DNA of 64,000 nt from Obrimoposthia wandeli (taxonomy: Eukaryota). The position numbers and the translations under genes were made by a program. Each line of letters begins with the position of its first letter. Positions within the stretch are counted from its first letter, which is position 1. This document shows positions 1 through 11,026 of the stretch, piece after piece. The stretch covers positions 248,001 through 312,000 of the forward strand of contig CDROCS010001717.1 in NCBI GenBank assembly GCA_977020255.1. Direction: 5' to 3'. Under the pieces are notes generated by a model. That model was given only the letters and a program-made list of their open reading frames with translations, ran no database searches and had not been told where the DNA came from.

Positions 1-625
1 ACTGACAATCAATTGTAGCTAGAAGAAGCCTTGCTAACGAAACTTGACACAACAGTGCTATACTATAGACTATTTACCAAACTGGCTCTTTGCATAGTTT
101 ATTTAAACTGTTGACTTTCACCAGATTATCTTAAAAGTAAACAGACTCTGATACATCAAAATTGTGGTTTTATATGTGATTTAGAGTTCAGAAATTTTTA
201 GTTTTCAACACGGTCAAACTGATTATCATGGGTATAAAGCTGAATTTCATCACTGATAATCAAATGAAATTAAAGATAACTAATAAAACTTATTATTCAA
301 CATAAATGAATTCCATTAATATATGGATGCATATTTACACTAACATGTGAAATAATAAATGAACTAACAAGAATCAAATGAAATAGTTATATTATACCAA
401 AAGTTGAATTATTAAAACTTGATTAATTGTTAATATTAAAACAAAAATCATCACATTCACCACTGCTAAGATTTGAGAGTCATTATAGTCGTCGAACGTT
501 GCTGGTAGTCTGCGGTTTTTGATCGGTCTCCTGTGGTTACTGTTTTATTTTGATGTTATGTTCATTATTTCAAGTTCTATTGATTGATGCTCTAGTAGGT
601 TGTTTAAATAGTTAGAGAAGCTATA

Positions 626-880
626 GAGTATGTTTTTTATAATTTAAATATATATTAATTTAACACAAATTTTACAGAAATCTCTGTTTTCTTCTGAACC
701 AGTAGAAGCAGCAGATTATGGTCGATTGGTAGAGGATAAAGATCACGGGTTGAGTATGTTTTTTATAATTTAAATATATATTAATTTAACACAAATTTTA
801 CAGAAATCTCTGTTTTCTTCTGAACCAGTAGAAGCAGCAGATTATGGTCGATTGGTAGAGGATAAAGATCACGGGTTGAG
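626..880 (+). repeat. 126-bp direct tandem duplication containing a 50-nt GT-AG intron-like segment (628-677) and a 76-nt exon-like segment
   Basis: 626-751 is repeated at 752-880, with GAG microhomology at the junction. GTATGT...TTTTACAG is followed by an open frame KSLFSSEPVEAADYGRLVEDKDHGL. Confidence 0.8.
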
Positions 881-1570
881 ACACTATCAGTGTTCCCGTT
901 AGGAAGTTTTATCAGTGCCACGTGTTGATTAGCTTGAATTAGGTCTTGGTGTTATTTGACGCTTCAGACGAATTTATGGGTACGGAAAGGTCATTTAAGT
1001 AATATATTTCCAAATTTTATATACAAATTGAGCAAAAAAGGAATCATGGGGTAAGATAGAAAGAACAAAATAAATTGTAAAAAAGTCGGAAACTAAAAAT
1101 TTCAGTGTATATTTTGTTTAGGAAATCTATAAAGCGAGAATGAGAAGGATTGTTTCCTTTGGGCACGGAAAATAAGAAACAATAAACAAATCATATTTAT
1201 TTACAGTATAACAACGAAATTACAAGTCCTAGAAACAGATCGATGCCCAAGATCATGGATGTACCCTTAAACTTGTCATTGAACGTGTAGTATCGCACTT
1301 GTTATGAATACTTACTTTGTTACTTTTGTTTTTGATTTGACATTTTAAAGTTTTCCTAAAGCTGATCCAAAAAATTCCAAAAATCATTATTATCAAAGAA
1401 ATCAAATTCTCAATCATACATTTCCTTGTTGGCCATTATTTTTGTCTTTGTTGTACAAATTGATATCCAGTTGTTGGAATTCAGTTTTACAACTGTGATA
1501 TACAATTTGAATGGGTGGATTTGATATAAATTGGTTTAATATAATGTCAGATTGTTATTATTATTGATCT

Positions 1571-2905
1571 ATGTCTAATATGAATACAGCTGCCATAGTA
1601 AATTCGGCATTGGAAGATATGGGAATATTAAACGAGAAGAATATGTTGGACAAAAAGAAAGTGGAAAGAGAAAGAGCACGAATAGGTAAAAGTAATATTA
1701 CAAGAGTAACGTCAGAAAACACAGAAATTGAATGTCTAGGATTTGATGGCAGAAAAGATGATACGAAAACAAAGAGTGGAACAGAGAATGAAGAACATTA
1801 TGTAATAGTTAAAGAACCAGGCGGAATCTACGTTGATCATGTTTATCAACATATAATCCAGATAAAAGCCTTAAAGACCTTGTTAATATCATCATGACAG
1901 TTTATGCTCCAGGATGGTTTTGGATTAAGAGTCATCCTAAAGCATATGAAGGAGCACCTAACTTTTGGTACCTCACCCATTTAATTAATGATTTAGACAA
2001 TGAAGAATACCAAATAATTATGGAACGTGTTTTAAAAAATAATTCATATTTTGCTCACCCAGAAAACATGTTATTCTCAATGGTAAGAGACAGAAGAAGA
2101 CATATTAGGGAATTTGCACTTCAAAAAATAATTCGCACAAGAACTACAGGTAAAATTGAAAGGAATTTTGAGCTTCCCAAAACATTGAATCTAAAGGCAA
2201 ATGACTATGTTGATATGATTGACTGGGATAAAGAAAACATCACAACGCCCCCTATTTTAAGACATTTGACAAACGACGAGCTTTTAATCTTACGAAAAGA
2301 ACCCCTACAACTTATTAATATCCCCTGTCATAGCCAAGTAGTAGAACATGCAGTTAATTTAGTTACAAGAGCATCAGCGGTTAGAATTGGCTACGCTAAC
2401 AGGCAAACATATATTTTAAATGTCATTGATTCTAGGAAGAAACTGCCTATATTTGAGTGGAAAAGTCAGTGGTCAATGTAATACGACGTATTATGTATAT
2501 AAATATATGTTCATTTTCTAAAAAGCATCTTTTATTTATTTTATACCACCATTAAATATTTGTTAAGTATATTATAATTATTCTTTAAAAATAGAATTTC
2601 TACACATTGCTCATATGAAGAATGAACTAGTTTTCTATAATTTACATAATCTTTATTCTATAATTCATAAAGTACCTTAAAAACACATAATAACATTAAA
2701 AATAAAGTTTATGACCTACATATCTCATCTAGTTTAATTGTCTGAATATATGGATTTTTTCCATAGATTTAACAAAAATGATGGGGTCGTATGCGAGGGG
2801 TAGGGTGGGTCGCATGGCAATGTAATTTTAGTATGTTGTTCAGGAACCCAAAGGGAACTCAAGGCATAATGTGTAATTCAAATATAAAATTTCGACCCGG
2901 CCTAA
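1571..2905 (+). mobile_element. Internally deleted hAT-superfamily (hATm-like) DNA transposon: transposase fragments 1571-1897 and 1894-2481 plus a probable right terminus
   Basis: N-terminal piece has CLGFDGRKDDT (first catalytic Asp region). C-terminal piece has WFWIKSHP, NNSYFAHPENMLFSM and PCHSQVVEHAVNLVTRAS, as recalled for hATm-type transposases. The minus strand at 2886-2905 reads TTAGGCCGGGTCGAAATTTT, a TIR-like end. No left TIR found. Confidence 0.6.
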
Positions 2906-3463
2906 TGTCTATCATATGAAACACTTGAAGTCAATATACTTCGAGATGACAATTAATTTCATTGATTTTGATTTTATAAGTGTTGGGGTTTCTATACGAA
3001 ACTTGGTACAGATCCTCTTAATGTGCGGAGGGCCCCAACGTGAGTCCGATTAGAAGCAGGTCTTAAAGTTGGTCGTGGCCTACTTAGTGTTATGGTTGCC
3101 TAATCTCTTGTACTATCTGAAGGTATTTGATTTGATGTTTCTCTTATTCTGAAGGGTGCAAAAACAACTTGTTCTAATGTAGGAAATTGTTTATTTGTAA
3201 TTCACGTAACTAACACAACAATACGTTTATGTACGTATTTCTAAAAAGTATGATAAAATTCCTAAGACTTCTGTAAGTCTCTACAAGAAGTGGGGATGAA
3301 CCACGTATCGATTTTACGTTCAGGTGATCGAGATTTTAGGTTTATTCTTCTTACTTAGGTTGGTTAATCTATAACGCAACTCTCTTAAATTTCTTCGCTC
3401 CTACTTCTTATATCTGGATAAAGTTTCTTGACTCCTTAACTCTATCTGCTGTGTGTTTGACCC

Positions 3464-3900
3464 CGAATTGTCCACTGTGAACAATGAGTCTCCTAAAAAC
3501 CTAATTGTCAAAGATGACAATGACAACTCACTCCGAATTGTCAACTACGGACAATGAATGAACCGAATTGTCAACTAGGGACAATGAGTGTACCGAATTG
3601 TCAACTAGGGACAATGAGTATTTGTTCCGAATTGTCAACTAGGGACAATGAATGAACCGAATTGTCAGCTAGGGACAATGAGTCTTACGGGAAAAAAGAC
3701 TGGTATAATTCCTAATTGTCGCTGGGGACAATGAATAAAATAGACGATCTTAATTGCCAACTAGGGACAATGATTGGGTTAATGAGTCAGCAATCCTAAT
3801 TGCCAGCTAGGGGCAATGAATCTGTTTAATAGGTTAAAATTTAGAATTACCAACAAGGGGTAATGAATGTATCCTAATTGCCAACTAGGGGCAATGAATG
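3464..3900 (-). repeat. Array of 12 palindromic ~24-bp units (AATTGYC-N6/7-GRCAATGA) with variable 5-30 nt spacers
   Basis: Units start near 3464, 3501, 3533, 3563, 3593, 3627, 3657, 3711, 3748, 3795, 3841 and 3872. The 6-bp stems covary: ATTGTC/GACAAT, ATTGCC/GGCAAT, ATTACC/GGTAAT. Confidence 0.9.
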
Positions 3901-4070
3901 CTCTAGTCGGTTGTCTTACCAATATGCTGCGACTAGTGTGGCTTTCCGATGCAGGATCCGTATGGAGCGCTTGCGAGTCTGGCGGAATCGTCCTCAAAGT
4001 TAACTGTAGCTTTTGACTTCTTCCGCGCTTTTCACTTCTTTCGAACCTTTCAATTCTGGATACCGACTCA

Positions 4071-4380
4071 ACTTTTCAAACACTGATTCGATAGTTCAAA
4101 TATTGATTCAACTTTTCAATTATTTGTTCAACTTTTCAATTACTGATTCGACTTTTCAATTATTGGTTCAACTTTTCAGTTACTGATTCGACTTTTCAAA
4201 TATTGATTCAACTTTTCAATTATTGATTCGATTTTTCAATTATTGGTTCAACCTTTCAATTACTGATTCGACTTTTCAAATATTGATTCAACTTTTCAAT
4301 TATTGTTTCAACTTTTCAATTACCGATTCGACTTTTCAATTATTGTTTCAACTTTGCAATTACTGATTCGACTTTTCAAC
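4071..4380. repeat. 20-bp minisatellite (ACTTTTCAATTAYTGATTCR), about 15 copies, partly alternating as a 40-bp dimer
   Basis: Direct periodicity of 20 nt is visible over 4071-4380. Confidence 0.95.
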
Positions 4381-4497
4381 AATATAGTCTAAATAATTTT
4401 AATTTCTATCAAATTCCCAATCACCACTTACCGATTCGTGGTTGATTTCTTCCAGTTGCAGAGATATTGATTTTCTTTTCGTAGTTCTTTTTCTGTT

Positions 4498-4631
4498 CTG
4501 GTTCTCTGAGCGATTTCCTTTTATAGAGGCAACTCTGTCAGTTAGATCGACAGCTGAAAATAACTGGTTCTCTGAGCGATTTCCTTTTATAGAGGCAACT
4601 CTGTCAATTAGATCGACAGCTGAAAATAACT
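4498..4631 (-). promoter_or_regulatory. 66-bp tandem duplication carrying a minus-strand TATAAAAG box; possible LTR promoter
   Basis: 4498-4563 is repeated at 4564-4631 with one substitution. Each copy reads GCCTCTATAAAAGGAAATC on the minus strand. LTR identity is inference. Confidence 0.5.
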
Positions 4632-5618
4632 CAATTCAACTCGCTACACAAAAAGGGCTTACCTTAATTGACGTTCTTGTCAATCAACTCTTGGAAATTT
4701 TGAACCGTTTAATTTACGTTTTTAATTATTCCTTTTTAATTAATGCTAATATGTTGCGACTTTTGGGTTAATTAATTTAACTTATATACATCTCACATTA
4801 TACACGACCTTCGTGGTCCTCCTAATTTTTACCCTAACTTCCACTAATTTCAATTCTGAAACTAAAATTAATATTTAATTTAATTTTCAACCTTGCTTTC
4901 AAGGATTTTTATTTTAGTATTTAATCGACTAAAATATTCAAATTTCTTAATTCTCAAACCTAACATAAGTAAAGAATATTTTGCGAAAATGCACTTTACT
5001 GATATAGAAGGTCGCATCATATTTGAAGGTTACAGATATACGTTTAATTATTCAGTAATTACAATTAAAATAAATCCATTACATGTTTTAAATAAAAAGT
5101 TTAAAAAAAGCTACAAGTATAATAAAGTTATTAAAAGTTCTTAATTATCAAACATCAGGTTAAACCTTAAATGTGTATCAGTAACTTTTAAATATAATGT
5201 GACCTTAGCTGTCGGTAAAGTGCATCTACACCAAATATTTAAATCACCAGAATTTTTTTTTATTTTCCCCTTCAATGTTCATTCTAACATTTTATATAAA
5301 CAGTTTTTAAAACATTAACTTGAATTCTTTTTTAATCAATTTCTACTTTATTATTAAATTACTTTTTGAATATTATTTAAAAAGTTGCTAATTACAATTA
5401 TAACAATGATATGTTTCTCTTTTAGAAAATGTTTCTAGATTAGAAAATTAACATTTGATGCTTAACGATTAAAACATGTAAAAAATTAGTAAATTTATTA
5501 TTATAAGCTTATGAGCTTACAATAAGAAAACATACAGAAAAATTACCAATCGAGTAATTTTTCTACTTTGAAGGGTGATTTAAAAAACTACTATTAGAGT
5601 TCTTATTAGGTGATAGAT

Positions 5619-5923
5619 CAGAGGTTTCCAAACTTTGTTAGACGCGGAACCCTTTGGTATTATTTAAAATATATTGGAACCCCTACCTATTTAAAAATAC
5701 TTCAAACTATTAAGTAAAGAATAAAACTTATTTATATTGAAAATTGAAAAAATATTTAAGTTAAACTAATGAAGTATTTGTTAAGTAGTTATAGTGAGCA
5801 GAGGCGAGTAATGTTTATGCCAATTTTTTGTAAATTTATGTTTTATTAAATTTCGGCTCGCAGAGCCTCTGACTTTGTTTACGGAACCATAGAGTTTCGC
5901 GGAACCAATTTTGGAAACCCCTG
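5619..5923. mobile_element. hAT-type (Charlie-like) MITE
   Basis: Ends CAGAGGTTTCCAAA ... TTTGGAAACCCCTG with subterminal CGCGGAACC motifs. The 8-bp flanks TGATAGAT/TATTAGTT match only 5/8. Confidence 0.75.
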
Positions 5924-6780
5924 TATTAGTTGAATTTCCTTATGCTGAACAGGATTCTGATCGAACTGAAGTTGGATTTTATGAACACACTGTATTGAAG
6001 TTAATGAATGTTTAAGAAAGTTGTATAATTGTTAGATTAACAAAATTGAAAATATGATAAATAATAATAAACTCGATGAATATATTAACGAATGAGAGTC
6101 AAATGATGTTTCTAGAACATTCTTATTTAAATAATCAATAGAATATTCTAATTAAATTTGTTTTACTGCATCAATGAATTAATTAAGTCATTAAAGTGTT
6201 AATTGATTTATTTTTAACAAGATTTCATAAAATGGAAAATCAACAAGAAATCAAATTAATTTTAGGTGATGACTCGCCCTCACTTAAGAGGAAAGTGATT
6301 CTTCTGGAATCTCGGATGCTTTGGGAAAAGCTGGAGGTAGAAGAAATCCCAGGATTCGTTAGTTTCAATCCAGGGAATGTTCCAGTCTTTGTATCCGCAC
6401 CGAAGTGGACTTAATGTATTGCTATCACATAGCAAATGAGAATGAACCCTGGCACTCTTCAGGGTCACAATTTTTTATTGTGTCTTGTTTATTATTATTA
6501 TTTTATTATTATTACTTAGATTTCTTTTTAAAAATCTTAACATTATATTTTTGTAGGTATAAAGTGTAAAGTAAGCACAAAGTCTATTCATTTTATAAAT
6601 ATTTAGTTTTCATTTAACCTATTTTACTTAATATTTATCCTATTACTGAAGATCTAAACTATATAAGTTTTAATTGATAGTCTAAAAAAATTAAGACATT
6701 TTTATCACATATTTTGCAAATAGTTGCAAAAAGTTTCATTAGATTTTTCAAATTATAAGCTGTTAATAAATATTTTTTAA

Positions 6781-7545
6781 ATGTTTCTGCATAATATCAA
6801 ATTGGTCAACATAAATTATAAGGGAAAGGTTTAAAGCTCCATCAAGGACTTACCTTTTCGCTAGTAGAAACCTCAACAATATCGTCTCAAGTGTCTAGAT
6901 CAGGGGCGTGCAACATTTTTAGTCGGCGGGCCATATAACATCATTTCAGATATTAAGTGGGCCACACTGAAAATCTAGAATTCATATGCATAATAAATTC
7001 AAAAATTTTACAATATATTTACATTCAGAAAAACATTTATTTAACCTATGTAATAAATCTTGGCAAATCGTTTTAAATTAAAGCGATAAAAAGTAAATGG
7101 CCAAATTTAAAACTGTAAAATTTACCTTACTGTGACGAAACAGATTCAAATCCGGCGGAAGGTAAAAAATAAATTTTGTTAGCGAGGGCCGCACTAACTT
7201 GCATAGAGGGCCACATGTGGCCCGCGGGCCGCTTGTTGTGCACCCCTGGTTTAGATTATAATGGGGTGTAAAAAAGTGTTAGATGAAAGCACTTTACCAT
7301 TTGATATAAAAATCGAAAGAATTCAATCGATTACTGTTAGTGTTGAGTTGGTGCATTAGATAAATCTTAATAAGATGAGAAAAATATTTGAATTGATGCT
7401 TTTTATGAACCAGAAATCTTTCCTGGACTGCGTTGTATTAAGTATAATCCACTTTGTGTAAACAATTTTGCAAGTAAGAAAGTTATGATTTTAGGTTTAA
7501 AGATTTTAGATTTTGTATTTATGGTTGAAGTTATTTTGTATAATA
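6781..7545 (+). pseudogene. TATA-binding-protein-like gene remnant, interrupted by a MITE
   Basis: After removing the MITE, frameshifted frames give IMGCK...IQSITVSVELVHxINLNKM...DAFYEPEIFPGL (7404-7430)...LCVNNFASKKVMILGLK. This is collinear with the TBP core CTGAK...IQNMVGSCD...YEPELFPGL...LIFVSGKVVLTGAK. Confidence 0.7.
6901..7248. mobile_element. hAT-type MITE with 8-bp TSD
   Basis: TIRs CAGGGGCGTGCAAC ... GTTGTGCACCCCTG. Flanks GTCTAGAT/GTTTAGAT match 7/8. Confidence 0.9.
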
Positions 7546-7614
7546 TATCTCTGTTCACTTGTGTTTTTTTTATTCTTGATTTATAAACAAAACTAATTTT
7601 GATCTAAAATAAAA

Positions 7615-8200
7615 ATGAATGATAAAGCGATTAGTGAAGTGGATAAAGATGAACGAAGAGTGAAATTTTTAAATGGATTAGCTTTTATGGAGCCTTTAAT
7701 AGTAAATGCTTCTAGAATGGAAATGATGCATATGACTCATCCTCTTGATAGATGGATTGATTCTAGATATAGTGCTTTTATTAAAGAAAGGTTAGAAAGA
7801 ACAAAAATGAGTGAAATTTTAATAAATCAGCTTTATATTGTTAATTATCGTGATGGGTCTGATAAAACTGGGCTCCTTCAAATGGGGATTTACTCATGTT
7901 ATCAATCATCTCAATTAGATATAATTCAATATAATTCAATATAAAAAGTTAAAATATAAGTTTTCGTTAAAAGGAAAGAAACAATAATGAAATATTTTAA
8001 ACAGACAAATAAAATTATTAAAGAAAATATTCAGAAAGGAGGAAATGTTTTAGTATGTGGTCATTATGGAACACATACTGCTGTGTGAATTGTTATAGCC
8101 TACTTATCTCTTTCTATGTCTGTTAGTACTGCTTTTCATATTGTAAAAACTAAGCCAAGTGTTGCCGTTCCTTCTGAAAATATGTGTACTCAAATTCAAC
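7615..8200 (+). pseudogene. Dual-specificity phosphatase-like (atypical DUSP fold) gene remnant with a non-catalytic active-site motif
   Basis: MSEILINQLYIVNYRDGSDKTGLLQMGI matches the DUSP N-terminal strand. After a frameshift, GGNVLVCGHYGTHTAVxIVIAYLSLSMSVSTAFHIVK matches VLVHCxxGxSRSxTIVIAYLM. Confidence 0.75.
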
Positions 8201-8535
8201 TTTATAATTGTTTCTCAAACATTTAATATATAAATAGAAATATTTTATTCTTATTTCATTTAAATGTATACTCTCAATTATTTTAATAAGTAAGTTGAAG
8301 AAGCAGCTAAAACATTCATTTCCAAAAATGTTATTGAAGATGATGTTATTGATGCTTCGAATCTGGAAGAGCATGTGAGAAGACTCATTCACAAGAAAGC
8401 CGTGGAAAATTTCATCTGGGCATATAATGAAAGGAAGGAGGAGCACATGAATATATTCAGATGCTCAATCTGGGACAATACTATTTTTATGTGTATCAGT
8501 GTTTGTTTATTAATAAATTATTTTATCTTATAAAC

Positions 8536-8865
8536 ATGATTCCTTACCACTCATCTATTTATTATGGAATTGAAAACAACGGTGTTTTTTAAATTGTTGG
8601 ACCAAGTGGAAGTGAGAAAACCCATTTTATTTGTAAATTACTTCAAAATAATAAATATTTTAAATCGAAATTCAATAAGATATATTGGCATCAGGGTGAA
8701 GATGGAGAAGCTGATTTAACTAGTAATGAATTTAAGAAAATTAAAAATATTAAAGTCATTAAAGGATTTGATGATAATTGGTCTGATAGATTACAGCGTC
8801 ATGATGTTATTGTTATTGATGATTTGTATCAGGAAGCCAATAAAGAGAGTGATTTCAACAATCTA
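8536..8865 (+). pseudogene. Polinton/adintovirus-type A32/FtsK-like packaging ATPase, truncated
   Basis: Walker A-like IVGPSGSEKT (8599) and Walker B VIVIDDLY. Homologous to the minus-strand copy at 32960-33430. Confidence 0.75.
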
Positions 8866-9149
8866 ATCAAAACAGAAAAACATTTCACATCATAAAAAAC
8901 GAAGTTTTTTTTACATATAATTTGGAATATAATCATATTAGAGTCTTTATTTATCATTTGATGCCAAATTAATTATCGTGTAGTGTTATTAGATAATATA
9001 AACAAATGTGTTTGTTCTTATTGTAATGATGCGATTTGACCTTAGTGGATATGTCAATCATATATCGCTGACTCATTGAGGGATAGGGGGTACTGTGCCG
9101 GAATCCACACATCTACCTACTACTGTCTGTTTTCTAAATTCTATCTCAG

Positions 9150-9700
9150 GCAGATTGACAGAATAAAACTGAGAGAATGTCTTTGAAAAATTAATATCCA
9201 TTTATAACATCTTTATAGATTGATTTCAATGGGATCAGTTTATAAAAAATACCTGTTTATCAGCGTTGTACGTGTCTTGTATTCCATACTCTTCTATTTT
9301 TTGTAGCCAAAAAAGTCATCATGAATGGGCTATATGTTTGAGTATATGATTCTCCGTACAATTATATAAATTTTAAATCATGCCTTGCTATAAATTTACT
9401 AAGCCATCCTTGAGACTCTTCAAATTGATTTAAATCATTATGTTTGCTATGAGTAATGCTTTTTGATCAAAATCCCATCTATAAAATTGCACCAATGCTT
9501 TCCTATTGAACAATCCACATCGATAAAGCATGATTCACAACTTCATATTTTAATATAAGTGGATTGTGTAGGTTGATTGTTCAAATTTACCACTTACTAA
9601 AATACTTTACTTCGCATTTTCTGATGTCGTCAACATATTTTCCAAATTTCTTTTTTGAACTTCATAGAAAACGTTTCTGCAACTCTTTTCTCTGAAAAAA
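9150..9700 (-). mobile_element. pogo/Tigger-like transposase remnant (CENP-B-type HTH)
   Basis: Minus strand reads LKYEVVNHALSMWIVQ...FEESQGWLSKFIARHDLK...LYGES with stops. Confidence 0.6.
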
Positions 9701-10049
9701 TAAGTTTATACACAAAATATACCACTAATGAATTCTGAGGTGGATACATGAAATGTCGATTGGAGAGAGATTACTGTATTAACAAATCCACCAACTTTTG
9801 AAATATGTCTATTAAGTTTATTATTATTCAATTACAATATAATTAAAAAGGCATATAAAATCAGAATATTAATTAAAATAAAAATGTATATTTACCAAAT
9901 TAAGTCGGTATTATAATTTATTACCTGTTTGAAATTTTCATTTTATTCTTAATTTTACATTTGAAATTGATCACTCTATTTGATTAGAAGTTATTTGTAC
10001 TTAACAAAATTCACATATCAAATTGTATTTTAAACTAAATTTAATGAAG

Positions 10050-10800
10050 AAATTTACTCTAATATATTTATAAATTGAATTAAAAATTCAACAATAAATT
10101 AATTATTATTAATGTAATTATTTATTGATGAATATTATAGAATAGTTATCAATTGAATTGTATGTTATACGACTAAGTTTATAAAAACTATGAACATTAC
10201 AGTATTTCCGATTACAATTTACAATCAAACTGTTTAAAGTCTGTACAACGAAAGGACATTAATAATAAAACAGAAAGTTGAGCAACTGCGCCTTACTGAT
10301 GAAATATATTGGATTGGTTATATTCGATACACTATGTTCGAAACATTTCTTAAAGCAGTTGTCTAATTGTGTAATTGTAAATTGTTTTTAGAGTAAATTA
10401 TTTCGCATTTAAATACGTAACTACAACGTAGAACAATTTTTCGACAACAGATAAATACTTCGGATTGAAACTGTGTTCGTTTTATTCCTACTCAATTAAT
10501 CAACGGATTTATCTAATGTAAGTTGTAACATTTTCTTCATTCAGTCCAGTGAAATATTCACATTTAAATTTGTAAAGCTAGCAAATAAAATTTTGATATA
10601 ATTCAGATTGTATTAAAGTATCTTTTTACATCTACACATATATGTTGCAAGACATTTCTATCGAATCATTAATTTTGATTTGGTAAGAAGAATTTTATGA
10701 CATCGAACAAGACTGATAAATTATATTTCATGATTATTAAAGTTTACAAGAAAAATCGTAATTTCAAATGATTTATTTTACAATGAAGTTTCAAAAAAAA
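10050..10800 (-). mobile_element. Highly decayed DNA transposase remnant, possibly ISL2EU/Harbinger-like
   Basis: Only short motifs (YFTGL, DC..EI) among many stops. Confidence 0.3.
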
Positions 10801-11026
10801 TAAAAAGCAAATAATTCAAATATGTTTTATATTGTATTTTTAAATGAGTTATTTACAAATTGACATATTTTGTCTACTATTTTACTGTACTATAGGATTG
10901 TTTGGATATATATAAATTGTTAAGTTTGAAATTGAGAAATTTGAGCGGCCGTAAATGATAAGATAAGATTTTAAACAAAATTTATTTATTTATAGATCCT
11001 GCAATTGATTCTAAAATTAAAATTTC

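Noticed and set aside
3464-3900. CRISPR array
   Set aside because: Spacers are 5-30 nt, irregular and partly repeated (ATGAA twice). There are no cas genes and the context is eukaryotic. Kept as a hairpin array instead.
3779-3997. Protein with FIAPSWQLG repeats
   Set aside because: This is a translation of the palindromic units. The same frame has TGA in most other units.
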